Assembly: GCA_038211015.1 (NCBI GenBank)
Contig: JBBQVZ010000002.1
Location: 1 to 53,813 of the forward strand
Length of the DNA stretch: 53,813 nucleotides
Direction of reading: 5' to 3'
DNA from: Actinomycetota bacterium
GTDB taxonomy: Bacteria; Actinomycetota; UBA4738; HRBIN12
Shown: positions 1 to 9,460 of the stretch, piece after piece
Layout of the letters: each line of letters starts with the position of its first letter
Position numbering within the stretch: position 1 is the first letter of the stretch
Made by a program: the position numbers and the translations under genes
The notes under the pieces: generated by a model
Told to the model about the DNA's origin: nothing
The model's input: only the letters and a program-made list of their open reading frames with translations
Databases searched by the model: none

Positions 1-1131
1 TACGGGTCTTTGACGTTCGCGGACGCGCCTGCCGCGGCCGCGGACGGCTTGGTGCCGCGCCGGCTCCGCGCCGCCGGCGCCATCGTCGTCGGGAAGACGA
101 ACCAACCGGAGTTCGCGTTCGCGGGGTTCACCGCGAACCCGCTCTACGGCACGACCTTGAACCCTTGGGGAACCGAGTGGTCGCCCGGTGGCTCGAGCGG
201 TGGTTCGGCTGCCGCGCTCGCGGCAGGCATGGCGGCGATCGCCACGGCCACGGACGGCGGCGGTTCGATCCGGATCCCGGCGGCGTTCTGCGGCCTAGCG
301 GGCCTCAAACCCACGAACGGTGTGATCGGCCGTGAGCCCATCCCCGAGTGGATCGACCTCTCGACGTTCGGGCCGTTCGCGACGTCGATCGCCGACGTGC
401 GGCTGCTGCTGTCGATGGAGGCCGGACCGGTGCCGGGGGATCCGTCGGCGTTGCCGTTCCCGCTCCCGATGCGCGACGGGTTGCCGAGCCGCGCCCTCGC
501 GGTTCCTCGCTTCGAGGGGACGCATCCGCTACCGGTCGCCGTCGCGGAACGGTTCGACGCCGCGCTCGCGTCGATGGAACGGGATCTCGGGCTGGGGGTC
601 GAGCCGCTGGAGCCCGGCTCGGTGTTCCCACACGGCTCGACATCCGACGACTGGTTCACGCTCTGTGCGTTCGAGCACCTCCATGGGCTCGGGCGCGATT
701 TCGTCGAGGCGAACATGGACCGGTTCTCGCCGAACTTCCGCTTCACGATGAGGCTGGCGCTCGCGATCCCCGCCGATGAGTACATGGCCGCGAGGAGACG
801 CCGGTTCGACCATGCGCGCGACCTCGACCTGCTGCTCGGCGACGATGCGGTGCTCCTCACGCCGACGATGTGCGTGGAGGGGTTCGGACCCGAAGGGTCC
901 GGGCCCGAGCAGCGCGAGGATGCGGACGCGTATAACTCCGGCGAGACGAACATCACCGGGCACCCGTCCCTCTCGGTGCCTGCCGGGCAGTGCCCGAACG
1001 GCATCCCGTTCGGCTTGCAGATCACGGGGCCGCGGTTCCGCGACGACCTGGTGCTGAACCTCGGCGCCGCGTGGGAGACCGCCAACCCCTGGCCCCTCGT
1101 CGCGCCGGGCTACGAGCCGTTCGCCGTGTAG
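1..1131 (+). CDS. amidase-signature family amidase (5' end outside window)
   Basis: The reading frame is open from base 1; track ORF 10..1131 is the in-window part. It carries the Gly/Ser-rich amidase signature GGSSGGSAAALAAG after KTNQPEF. Stop is TAG at 1129-1131. Confidence 0.85.
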   Translation, partial: YGSLTFADAPAAAADGLVPRRLRAAGAIVVGKTNQPEFAFAGFTANPLYGTTLNPWGTEWSPGGSSGGSAAALAAGMAAIATATDGGGSIRIPAAFCGLAGLKPTNGVIGREPIPEWIDLSTFGPFATSIADVRLLLSMEAGPVPGDPSALPFPLPMRDGLPSRALAVPRFEGTHPLPVAVAERFDAALASMERDLGLGVEPLEPGSVFPHGSTSDDWFTLCAFEHLHGLGRDFVEANMDRFSPNFRFTMRLALAIPADEYMAARRRRFDHARDLDLLLGDDAVLLTPTMCVEGFGPEGSGPEQREDADAYNSGETNITGHPSLSVPAGQCPNGIPFGLQITGPRFRDDLVLNLGAAWETANPWPLVAPGYEPFAV

Positions 1132-1146
1132 TGCAACTCGCGGACG

Positions 1147-2565
1147 TTACGGGCCCAGGTTGTACCCCATGCGGCGCGGTAGGTGCGCCACGAAGTCGAC
1201 GATCGGGCTCGGCTCCTCCCCACGATCCTCGAGCTGGTCCTTCCGCCAGATCGCCTGGTTCGCAACGTAGGCGCCGGGGGAGCGGATCGGTTCGGGCGGG
1301 AACCGCATGGGCCGCTCGGTGACGAGCGGCAGGGAAAACAGATCGCTCGTCACTCCGAGCGTCAACGCCGCCAAGATCTGCCCGCCCAGGTGAGAGGGGC
1401 CAACCCCGTTGCCGGTGTAGCCGAGCCCGTAGTGCGCGTTTCCACGATCGAGCGAGCCGAAGAACGGCAGGTGATGGCCGGCCACGTCGATCGGCCCGCC
1501 CCACGCGGCCTCGATCGGCACGTCGGCGAACGACGGGAACATGCGGTACAGATCCTCCGCGGCGATCCGGACCGCGCGCTCGTCCCACGCGAACCTTGGT
1601 CCGATCGACCGGGCGAGCCCCGGCTGCATCCCTCCGACGCCGAACGCGATCCGGCCGTCCGGCGTGGTACGGACGTAGTGGAGGGCCGCTCGGTGATCCC
1701 ACAAGCCCATGCCGTTGGTCCAGCGCAGCTCCTCGAGCTTGTCGGGGGCCGGCGCCGTGAGCGCGATGTAGCTGCCGCGAACGGTGAGCAGGCGCCGGAA
1801 CCGTTTCCAGCTCGCCGCCCAGGCGTTCAACGCCACGACCGCAGCACCGGCCCGGATGGATCCCCGAGGCGTCTCGGCCACCGCCGGCGTTCCCGAGCCG
1901 AACCGCGTGACCGACGTCTGCTCGTGGATCCGAACGCCCCGCTCGAGCAGCGCGCGACGGAGCCCTCGGGCCAAGCGGGCGGGTTGGACCGTGGCGCCCA
2001 TGGAGGTGTAGATGCCTCCGTGCAGGCGAGGAGTGTCGATCAGCTCTCGCACGCTCTGGCGATCGACGACCTTGAAGAGATCCGGCATCCCGAGTCGATC
2101 CGCGGCCATCACGTTCCCGGCCCAGTAGCCGATCTGGGTCTCGGAGCTTGCGGCGCCCAGATCGCCGTCCGGACGGAACCAGGCGTCGACGCCGTGCTCC
2201 TCGCAGAACCGGCCGATGGCGACGACGCTCTCCTCGCCCGCGCGACAGAGAGCGAGCGCCTGTTCATCGCCGAACCGTCGGCCCAACTCTCCGAGCGCGC
2301 TCCACCAGCTGTTGACGAACCCGCCGTTGCGCCCGCTCGGGCCGCCACCGCAGATGTCCTGCTCCAACACGACGACGTCGAGTTCCGGCTCCGCCTCTTT
2401 CAGGAACCACGCCGTCCACATGCCGGTGTAGCCTCCGCCCAGAACGACGACGTCTGCCGTCGTGTCGCGTTCGAGCTGCGGAGCGGGTTCGCCGGGGTCG
2501 GCGGCAAGCGCGTCGCGCAACCACCAGCTCCGTCCGGCGTCGGCGGGGATCTGCGGCGCGCTCAT
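1147..2565 (-). CDS. FAD-dependent oxidoreductase (DAO-type), substrate unknown
   Basis: Track ORF 1147..2820. I trimmed the start to the ATG at 2565 (MSAPQIP...). The first 85 codons of the track ORF are Arg/Ser-rich and run into the ilvD 5' region. Dinucleotide-binding motif [14 protein letters not shown] lies near the N-terminus. Confidence 0.8.
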   Translation of the reverse strand: MSAPQIPADAGRSWWLRDALAADPGEPAPQLERDTTADVVVLGGGYTGMWTAWFLKEAEPELDVVVLEQDICGGGPSGRNGGFVNSWWSALGELGRRFGDEQALALCRAGEESVVAIGRFCEEHGVDAWFRPDGDLGAASSETQIGYWAGNVMAADRLGMPDLFKVVDRQSVRELIDTPRLHGGIYTSMGATVQPARLARGLRRALLERGVRIHEQTSVTRFGSGTPAVAETPRGSIRAGAAVVALNAWAASWKRFRRLLTVRGSYIALTAPAPDKLEELRWTNGMGLWDHRAALHYVRTTPDGRIAFGVGGMQPGLARSIGPRFAWDERAVRIAAEDLYRMFPSFADVPIEAAWGGPIDVAGHHLPFFGSLDRGNAHYGLGYTGNGVGPSHLGGQILAALTLGVTSDLFSLPLVTERPMRFPPEPIRSPGAYVANQAIWRKDQLEDRGEEPSPIVDFVAHLPRRMGYNLGP

Positions 2566-2665
2566 CGCGACGGAGGATATCGGACCGCTCTCGCGTCCCG
2601 ACCCGTCGTTCCCGTCGGTTGGTACGGTGTGTCCTTTCACCCGCTCGCCCCAGGAGGTTCGCCAC

Positions 2666-4342
2666 ATGGCAGACGACCGCCCACGCAGCTGGGAGGTCAC
2701 CGAGGGACCCCACCGCGCTCCGGCCCGCGCGATGCTGCGCGCCGTGGGGTTCTCCGAAGAGGACTTCGGCAAGTCACAGATCGCCGTGGCGTCGTCGTGG
2801 AACGAGGTCACGCCGTGCAACTACCACCTGGACAAGCTCGCCGCGCTCGCGAAGGAAGGCGTTCGGCAGGGCGGCGCCGTTCCCATCGAGTTCACCACGA
2901 TCGCGGTCTCCGACGGCATCGCGATGGGCCACGAGGGCATGAAGGCATCGTTGATCAGCCGCGAGGTGATCGCGGATTCGGTGGAGCTGGTGATGCACGC
3001 CGAGCGCTTCGACGGGCTCGTGGGGATCGCCGGATGCGACAAGAGCGAGCCGGCCATGTTGATGGCGATGGCGCGGCTGAACCTGGCGTCCGTCTACCTG
3101 TACGGCGGCACGATCCTGGCCGGGACCTATCAGGACCGCGACATCACGATCCAGGACGTGTTCGAAGCTGTGGGCGCTCACAACCAGGGGAGCGTGACCG
3201 ACGACGAGCTGCTGCAGATCGAGCGGGCCGCCTGTCCGACGACCGGTTCGTGCGCGGGCATGTACACCGCGAACACGATGGCCGCCGCGGCCGAGGCGCT
3301 CGGCATGTCGCTGCCCGGCGCGGCGTCGCCACCCGCGGTCGACTACCGGCGCGAGGTGTTCGCGCGCGAATCGGGGCGGCAGGCGGCGTGGTTGCTGGCC
3401 AACGACGGTCCCCGGCCGCGAGACATCCTCACCAAGGAGGCGTTCGAGAACGCGATCGTCGTGGTGATGGCGCTCGCCGGATCTACGAACGCCGTCCTGC
3501 ACCTGCTCGCGATCGCACACGAGGCGCGCGTGCCGCTCGAGCTCGACGACTTCGACACGATCTCGCGTCGCGTGCCGCATCTGGTCGACGTTCGGCCGGC
3601 CGGGAAGTTCGTGATGCAGGACCTCGATCGCGTCGGCGGTGTGCCCGTCGTCATGAAGGAGCTGCTCGATGCGGGGTTGCTGCACGGTGACGCGATCACG
3701 GTCACCGGGAAGACCATCGCGGAGAACCTGAAGGAGCTGGCTCCGTCCGCGCCGGACGGCTCGGTGATCCGACCGGTCGCCGAGCCGATCCATCCCACCG
3801 GTGGCACGGCGATCCTCCGGGGCTCCATCGCGCCCGACGGCTCGGTCATGAAGATCGCCGGCGCGGAGGGCATGGTCTTCACGGGAACCGCGCGACCGTT
3901 CGATTCGGAGCACGACGCGTTCGCTGCGCTCACCGCAGGCACGATCGCGGCCGGCGACGTGATCGTGATCCGCTACGAGGGGCCGAAGGGTTCGCCCGGG
4001 ATGCCCGAGATGCTCGCGGTCACGGCCGCGGTGGCCGGCGCCGGGCTGGGCAAGGATGTCGCGTTGATCACGGACGGACGCTTCAGCGGTGCGACCAAGG
4101 GCTACTCGGTCGGCCATATCGCTCCGGAAGCGTTCGTGGGCGGCCCGATCGCGCTCATCGAGGACGGCGACCAGATCGTGATCGACGCCGACGCGCGCCG
4201 GATCGACCTGCAGGTCGACGACGCCACACTCGCCGCGCGCCGCGCCGAGTGGAAGGCGCCCGAGCCCCGCTACACCACCGGCGCACTCGCGAAGTACGCC
4301 AAGCTCGTCGGGTCCGCCGATCACGGCGCCGTGACGGGATGA
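2666..4342 (+). CDS. ilvD: dihydroxy-acid dehydratase
   Basis: Track ORF 2462..4342, trimmed to ATG 2666, which has AGGAGG at 2653-2658. IlvD/Edd hallmarks are present: N-terminal [25 protein letters not shown] and [12 protein letters not shown]. Confidence 0.95.
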   Translation: MADDRPRSWEVTEGPHRAPARAMLRAVGFSEEDFGKSQIAVASSWNEVTPCNYHLDKLAALAKEGVRQGGAVPIEFTTIAVSDGIAMGHEGMKASLISREVIADSVELVMHAERFDGLVGIAGCDKSEPAMLMAMARLNLASVYLYGGTILAGTYQDRDITIQDVFEAVGAHNQGSVTDDELLQIERAACPTTGSCAGMYTANTMAAAAEALGMSLPGAASPPAVDYRREVFARESGRQAAWLLANDGPRPRDILTKEAFENAIVVVMALAGSTNAVLHLLAIAHEARVPLELDDFDTISRRVPHLVDVRPAGKFVMQDLDRVGGVPVVMKELLDAGLLHGDAITVTGKTIAENLKELAPSAPDGSVIRPVAEPIHPTGGTAILRGSIAPDGSVMKIAGAEGMVFTGTARPFDSEHDAFAALTAGTIAAGDVIVIRYEGPKGSPGMPEMLAVTAAVAGAGLGKDVALITDGRFSGATKGYSVGHIAPEAFVGGPIALIEDGDQIVIDADARRIDLQVDDATLAARRAEWKAPEPRYTTGALAKYAKLVGSADHGAVTG

Positions 4343-4343
4343 C

Positions 4344-5594
4344 TTGATGACGGTCAAGATCACGTCTCCCCAGGCGCTGCAGTGTCGAGAGTGCGGTCAG
4401 CAGTACGCGGTCGAGCCGCTCACGATCTGCGAGGAGTGCTTCGGACCGCTCGAGCCCACATACGACCTGCAGTCGATCGACGGAGAGGTATTCCGCAAAC
4501 AGGCGGAGTCCGGTCCGCGAACGTTGTGGCGCTACGAGTCGCTCTTGCCCGGCGGGCCCGGGCTGGAGCGGATCGACCTGGGCGCCGGGTTCACGCCGCT
4601 CAGACGGGCGACCAACCTGGCCGCTCGTCTGGGTCTCGAGACCCTCTGGATCAAGGACGATTCGGTCAACCCGTCGAACTCGTTCAAGGATCGAGTGGTT
4701 TCGATCGCGATCACGATGGCTCGCGCGTTCGGCTTCGAGGCGGTGTCGTGCGCGTCCACCGGGAACCTGGCGAACGCGACCGCCGCGCACGCCGCCAAGG
4801 CGGGGATGGACTGCTACGTGTTCGTCCCGGACGACCTGGAGCGGGCGAAGATCCTGTCTACCGAGGCGTACGGGGCCAAGGTCGTCCTCGTCGAGGGCAA
4901 CTACGACGACGTGAATCGCTTGTGCTCCGAGGTCGCGGACGCGCTGCCGTGGGCGTTCGTCAACGTGAACATGCGGCCGTACTACGCCGAGGGATCCAAG
5001 TCGCTAGGGTTCGAGACCGCGGAGCAACTGGGGTGGCGCCTCCCGGACCACGTCGTGGTGCCGATCGCGTCAGGGGCGTTGCTGACCAAGATCCATCGCG
5101 CGTTCAGCGAGCTGATCGCGATCGGTGCGGTCGACGAGAAGCCCTACCGTGTGTCCGGAGCGCAGGCCGAGGGATGTTCGCCGGTCGCTCGCGCGTTCGC
5201 CGACGGTGCCGACAACGTCACGCCGGTCAAACCCGACACCATCGCGAGGTCGCTCGCGATAGGCGCGCCCGCGGACGGGTTCTACGCGCTTCAGGTGGCG
5301 CGCACCACCGGCGGAGAGATCGAGGCATGCACCGAAGACGAGATCGTCGACGGCATCCGCCTCCTGGCCGAGACCGAGGGCGTGTTCACCGAGACGGCGG
5401 GGGGCGTGACGATCGCCGTGCTGAAGCGGTTGGTGGAGCGCGGCGTCATCGCTCCCGACGAGGAGACGGTCGCCTACGTCACCGGCAACGGCTACAAGAC
5501 GATCGACGCGCTCGAGGGAAGGATCGAACCCAGCTTCCACGTCAAGCCCGACCTCGACGGCTTCCTCGAAGCTCTCGATCGTCACCCCGCCTGA
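4344..5594 (+). CDS. thrC: threonine synthase-like PLP enzyme with N-terminal zinc ribbon
   Basis: CRECGQQY...CEEC zinc ribbon, then the PLP-lysine block NPSNSFKDR and a ThrC-like fold. Starts at TTG 4344 or ATG 4347, one nt after the ilvD stop. Confidence 0.75.
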   Translation: MMTVKITSPQALQCRECGQQYAVEPLTICEECFGPLEPTYDLQSIDGEVFRKQAESGPRTLWRYESLLPGGPGLERIDLGAGFTPLRRATNLAARLGLETLWIKDDSVNPSNSFKDRVVSIAITMARAFGFEAVSCASTGNLANATAAHAAKAGMDCYVFVPDDLERAKILSTEAYGAKVVLVEGNYDDVNRLCSEVADALPWAFVNVNMRPYYAEGSKSLGFETAEQLGWRLPDHVVVPIASGALLTKIHRAFSELIAIGAVDEKPYRVSGAQAEGCSPVARAFADGADNVTPVKPDTIARSLAIGAPADGFYALQVARTTGGEIEACTEDEIVDGIRLLAETEGVFTETAGGVTIAVLKRLVERGVIAPDEETVAYVTGNGYKTIDALEGRIEPSFHVKPDLDGFLEALDRHPA

Positions 5595-5678
5595 GCGGCT
5601 CCCTCTGTATCGGGCGAACCTGCCTAGACTAGCCAACGCGTCGCCGGCTACGTCCTGTTCGTTGGGACTTGGCAGCTC

Positions 5679-6374
5679 TTGTCGACGTTCGTCTTCGAGC
5701 CGTTCCAGCTGCCCTCCCCGTTCGCCGTCGTACGGGAGATGTGGGAGATCCTCGGGGCGGGCGACTTCTGGGAGAACTTCTGGGCGACGACGGAGCACCT
5801 CATGATCGGGTTCGCGATCGCGTTCGTGCTCGGCACCGCGGTCGGCATCACGATGGGACGGAGCGCCTACTGGAACGGCTTCTTCCGCGACTACGTGATG
5901 ATCACCCTGACGATGCCGGGGCTCGTGTTCGCCCTCGTGGCCGTGATGGTCTTCGGGTTGTCCGAACTGGGGCCGATCGTGGCGATCGCCCTGACCTCGT
6001 TCCCGCACATCACCGTGAACGTCGTTGAGGGGGTCCGAGCGATCCCGCGTGACCTGCTAGACATGGCCACCGCCTACGGCGTCGACCGGCGCACCAAGCT
6101 TCGAAGCGTGATCTTCCCGGCCCTCGCTCCGTACCTGTTCACCGCGGTGCGCTACGGTTTCGCGATCGCCTGGAAGATCACCGCGCTCACGGAGCTCTTC
6201 GGTGGCGCCGATGGCGTCGGGATCCAGATCCGGGTGGAGTTCCAGTTCTTCAACATGACCGGCGTCGTGGCCTGGGCCTTCTTCCTGGTGGCGTTCGCCC
6301 TGATCACGGAGCGCTTGGTCCTGACGCGCCTCGAGGAGCGGTTCTTCCGCTGGCGGCCGCAGGCGTTCGTATGA
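5679..6374 (+). CDS. ABC transporter permease, NitT/TauT (sulfonate/nitrate/taurine) type; true start uncertain
   Basis: LPSP...MIGFAIAFVLG and the cytoplasmic-loop block AYGVDRRTKLRSVIFPALAPYLF are typical of TauC/SsuC-like permeases. The first canonical start (TTG 5679) falls inside the conserved WQLL motif (see findings). Confidence 0.8.
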   Translation: MSTFVFEPFQLPSPFAVVREMWEILGAGDFWENFWATTEHLMIGFAIAFVLGTAVGITMGRSAYWNGFFRDYVMITLTMPGLVFALVAVMVFGLSELGPIVAIALTSFPHITVNVVEGVRAIPRDLLDMATAYGVDRRTKLRSVIFPALAPYLFTAVRYGFAIAWKITALTELFGGADGVGIQIRVEFQFFNMTGVVAWAFFLVAFALITERLVLTRLEERFFRWRPQAFV

Positions 6375-6388
6375 GAGGGGAGCGCTGA

Positions 6389-7243
6389 GTGCAGGCGACG
6401 GCCGGGGCCGCGCGCCCTGCGGGGGCGACGCCCTCGCGTCTGAGGCGTGCCCTGACGACGCCGCGGGCCGCTCGGATCACGGCGCCGATCCTGTTCCTGC
6501 TGGCCTGGCAGCTGCTCGTCCCCCTCTCGTCGTCGCTGATCATCCCGATGCCATCCGGCGTGGTCGAGGAGATGATCGACATGGTCAAGGACGGCTCGGT
6601 CTTCGGGAACTTCGGGATCAGCCTGACTCGATTGCTGATCGGGTTCCTCCTCGCCTTGGGCGTCGGTGGCATCGTGGGGTTGGCGATGGGCGTGTCGCCG
6701 CGGATCGAAGCGATGCTGCACGACTTCGTCGTCGTCGGGCTCGCGTTCCCGTACCTGATCTGGGGGCTGCTTGTGGCCATGTGGTTCGGGTTCGGGAGCC
6801 AGGGGCCGATCATCGTGGTCTTTATCGCGGCGCTCCCCTACGTCATCCTCAACGCGTCGGAAGGGGTGCGCGACGTCTCCAAGGAGCTTCGCGACATGGC
6901 GCACGCCTACGGCGTCCCGCCTCGGCGCGAGATGCGACACCTGATCCTGCCGTCGCTCAGCCCGTTCCTGTTCGCCTCCCTGCGTTACGGCCTGGCGAAC
7001 GGATGGAAGGGCCTGGTGCTGGCCGAGGTATTCGCGGCCACCTCCGGCGCCGGCTGGGCGATCGCGGACACCAGCGACTACGGGAACTTCGAGGCGATGG
7101 TGGGCTACACCTTGTACTTCGCGCTGTTCTCGATCCTGGTGGAGCAACTGGTCTTCGAACGGCTGGCGAAGCGGGTGTTCCGCTGGCGGCCGACCGAGGC
7201 CGCACGGATGCGGTTGCCGGAGCCCGCCGAGACGACGCACTGA
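6389..7243 (+). CDS. ABC transporter permease, NitT/TauT type (second subunit)
   Basis: GTG 6389 is preceded by GAGAGGGGA. N-terminal helix ILFLLAWQLLV, and AYGVPPRREMRHLILPSLSPFLF parallel to the upstream paralog. Confidence 0.85.
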   Translation: MQATAGAARPAGATPSRLRRALTTPRAARITAPILFLLAWQLLVPLSSSLIIPMPSGVVEEMIDMVKDGSVFGNFGISLTRLLIGFLLALGVGGIVGLAMGVSPRIEAMLHDFVVVGLAFPYLIWGLLVAMWFGFGSQGPIIVVFIAALPYVILNASEGVRDVSKELRDMAHAYGVPPRREMRHLILPSLSPFLFASLRYGLANGWKGLVLAEVFAATSGAGWAIADTSDYGNFEAMVGYTLYFALFSILVEQLVFERLAKRVFRWRPTEAARMRLPEPAETTH

Positions 7244-7272
7244 TCACACCGACCCCGAGGAGGCGCGACCGA

Positions 7273-8013
7273 GTGGCGACCGTCAAAGTGGAGAAGCTCC
7301 GGAAGGTCTTCGATGGCCAGGAACGACAGATCGTCGCGCTCGACGACGTGTCCTTCGAGGCCTCCGGGCACACGTTCGTCTCGATCGTCGGCCCCTCCGG
7401 ATGCGGGAAGTCGACGCTGCTCAACATCCTGGCCGGTGTGGAGACCCCAACCTCGGGAAGCGTGGACATCTCCGAGAGCGGCGGGAAAGCTCGTGTGGGC
7501 TACGTCTTCCAGGCGCCGAGGCTCCTGCCGTGGCGCTCGGTGATGGACAACATGCTGTTCGTCCAGTCCGACCAGGGTCCCGAGACCACCGCGCGCGCGG
7601 CCCGCTACCTCGACATGGTTGGCCTCGGCGATCATCAGAAGTCCTGGCCGTCCCAGCTGTCGGGGGGTATGCAACAGCGAGTAGGGATCGCCCGCGCCTT
7701 CTCGATCGAGCCGGATGTCCTGCTGATGGACGAGCCGTTCTCCCATCTCGACGCGATCACCGCACGCGGCCTGCGCCGCGAGCTGCACGGGATGTGGAGC
7801 GAGACGCGCAAGACGATCCTGTTCGTGACGCACGACGTCGGCGAGGCGGTCGAATTGTCGGACCGGATCGTGATCTTGGCGAAGGGCGGGCGGTTGCGGC
7901 AGACGGTCGACGTGGAACTGCCGTTCCCGCGCGATCCCTCGGACGATCGGGTGGCGCTGATGAAGGCGGACGTGTTGCGGACGTTCGAGGAGCTGGACCT
8001 GATCGCGACCTAG
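7273..8013 (+). CDS. ABC transporter ATP-binding protein, NitT/TauT type
   Basis: Track ORF 6781..8013, trimmed to GTG 7273 with GAGGAGG at 7256-7262. Walker A GPSGCGKST, signature LSGGMQQRVGIARAF, Walker B LLMDEPFSHLD. Confidence 0.9.
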   Translation: MATVKVEKLRKVFDGQERQIVALDDVSFEASGHTFVSIVGPSGCGKSTLLNILAGVETPTSGSVDISESGGKARVGYVFQAPRLLPWRSVMDNMLFVQSDQGPETTARAARYLDMVGLGDHQKSWPSQLSGGMQQRVGIARAFSIEPDVLLMDEPFSHLDAITARGLRRELHGMWSETRKTILFVTHDVGEAVELSDRIVILAKGGRLRQTVDVELPFPRDPSDDRVALMKADVLRTFEELDLIAT

Positions 8014-8047
8014 GAACGACACGACCGAGAGGAAGGAGCACGAACGC

Positions 8048-8395
8048 ATGAGCAAGATCAACTTCGACCGGAACGAGGACCACGAGGTCACCCCGCAATA
8101 CTCCGATGCGCGGGGACCCGTGTTGCGGAGCGAGAAGATCGAGGTCACCCGGACGTTCTTCGGAACGGGGAAGGGCGCGAAGACGCACTCGCACCCTGAG
8201 GAGCAGGTGTTCATCATCCTGAAAGGGCGCCTGCGGGTGACATGCAACGGCGAGACCTACGAGTGCGGTCCCGGTGAGGGGAGCTTCCACCCGTCGAACG
8301 CCGAGCACACCGTCGAGGCGCTCGAGGACGTGACCGCGGTGAGCTTCAAGAACCTGGTCGACCCGATCTACGAGAGCACGGGCACGCTGTCCTGA
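8048..8395 (+). CDS. cupin domain protein
   Basis: 115 aa. Metal motif HSHPEEQ ... GPGEG ... NAEHTV. RBS is GAGAGGAAGGAGCAC. Confidence 0.8.
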   Translation: MSKINFDRNEDHEVTPQYSDARGPVLRSEKIEVTRTFFGTGKGAKTHSHPEEQVFIILKGRLRVTCNGETYECGPGEGSFHPSNAEHTVEALEDVTAVSFKNLVDPIYESTGTLS

Positions 8396-8451
8396 AGCAG
8401 TCGACGCTCGCGCGTCCCGATGCAGCCCGACGAGAGGAAGGAGCACCACCT

Positions 8452-8787
8452 ATGCCGTTCGTCGTTTTCGAGGAGGTCGACAAGGAGTTCGTCACACCGA
8501 AGTACTCGACGGCCTACGGGGAGCTGGTGACCGGCCAGTTCGTCGAGGTCGGTCGTCTGACCTTCAAGAAAGGTGAGGGCGCCGTCGAACACGCTCACCC
8601 GCACGAGCAGGTGATGTACGTGATCTCCGGCCACCTTTCCGTCGACCTGGACGGTGAGCACGCCGAGCTAGGGCCGGGGATGGCGTTCCACGCGCTCCCG
8701 AACCAGAAGCACAAGGTTCAGGCGGTCGAGGACACGCAGGTGATCAGCTGCAAGCACGTCATCGACGGCGTCGGGCACAAGATCTGA
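8452..8787 (+). CDS. cupin domain protein (tandem paralog)
   Basis: 111 aa. HAHPHEQ ... GPGMA ... NQKHKV. The same GAGAGGAAGGAGCAC string lies upstream as for 8048. Confidence 0.8.
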   Translation: MPFVVFEEVDKEFVTPKYSTAYGELVTGQFVEVGRLTFKKGEGAVEHAHPHEQVMYVISGHLSVDLDGEHAELGPGMAFHALPNQKHKVQAVEDTQVISCKHVIDGVGHKI

Positions 8788-8797
8788 CCGCTTCGCG

Positions 8798-8815
8798 CAC
8801 GGCCGGATGGCCGTG
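8798..8815. terminator. hairpin between convergent genes
   Basis: CACGGCC-GGAT-GGCCGTG, a perfect 7-bp stem in the 43-nt gap between the cupin stop (8787) and the stop of the minus-strand gene (8831). There is no T-tract, so its function is inferred from position only. Confidence 0.4.
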
Positions 8816-8830
8816 TGTCGGTATGCTCGG

Positions 8831-9295
8831 CTATGCGAGCACGCGGAAGATGAAGTGGAAGCCGGAACCGTCGGGTAGCACCTTCAACTGCATGCTCCCG
8901 CTCGCGCCCTTGTACTTGCCCCGTCCACCGGTGATAACCATGACGCTGTTGTGCGAGTCGTAGAACGGTCCCTCGACGGTGATCGCTCCACCCTTGAGGA
9001 AGTTGATCCAGCGACATTCCCAGGACCCCTCGGTGGTGTTGATCCGGATGCAGTCCCCTTGATCGCGGCCGACCTTGTTCGTGTTCGTCTCGTCATAGAG
9101 GTCGTTGGCGAACGTGAGGAGATCGCCGCTCGAGTCCCCGGTCGCGCCGGCGTCGATCACCAGGTCCGTGGTCGCTCGCTCGACCACGTCGATCACCGTG
9201 GCCCGCTTCTCGTGGCCGGTCCCGGCCTGTGCCACGTAACCGGCCACGAGCACGACGGCGACCGCTGCGGCCGCGATCGAGATCGTCTTACGCAT
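8831..9295 (-). CDS. secreted allene-oxide-cyclase-barrel-like (dirigent-like) protein
   Basis: Track ORF 8831..9835, trimmed to ATG 9295 (MRKTISIAAAAVAVVLVAGYVAQA signal peptide). The mature part (GDLLTFANDLYD...GRDQGDCIRI...SWECRWINFLKGGAITVEGPFYD...ITGGRGKYKGASG) matches my memory of bacterial AOC-barrel-like proteins. Confidence 0.6.
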   Translation of the reverse strand: MRKTISIAAAAVAVVLVAGYVAQAGTGHEKRATVIDVVERATTDLVIDAGATGDSSGDLLTFANDLYDETNTNKVGRDQGDCIRINTTEGSWECRWINFLKGGAITVEGPFYDSHNSVMVITGGRGKYKGASGSMQLKVLPDGSGFHFIFRVLA

Positions 9296-9460
9296 GTCCC
9301 TGCCCCCTCTCCCATCGGTGCCACGGAGTCTGACACCTTCAGCCTCGTCCCGCTGAGCGCCTCGAACGACCATATTGCATTCCTGATCGGAACAGAACAA
9401 ACTCGCGCTGGTTCGTTCATGGGCGTGTGAGGAAAAGGGTCCGGATCCGTTGGGGGACGA

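Noticed and set aside
1183-3690. 835-aa plus-strand ORF (and the 529-aa minus-strand ORF 2774..4363) overlapping the FAD oxidoreductase and ilvD
   Set aside because: The translations are Arg/Gly/Pro/Ala-rich and motif-free. They lie opposite or out of frame to genes with unmistakable family motifs. Such long spurious ORFs are typical of GC-rich DNA.
5592-5681. Possible stop-codon read-through fusing thrC to the first permease (both are in the same reading frame)
   Set aside because: After the thrC TGA (5592-5594) the same frame hits a second stop, TAG 5625-5627, before the permease-like sequence begins. A fusion would need two read-through events.
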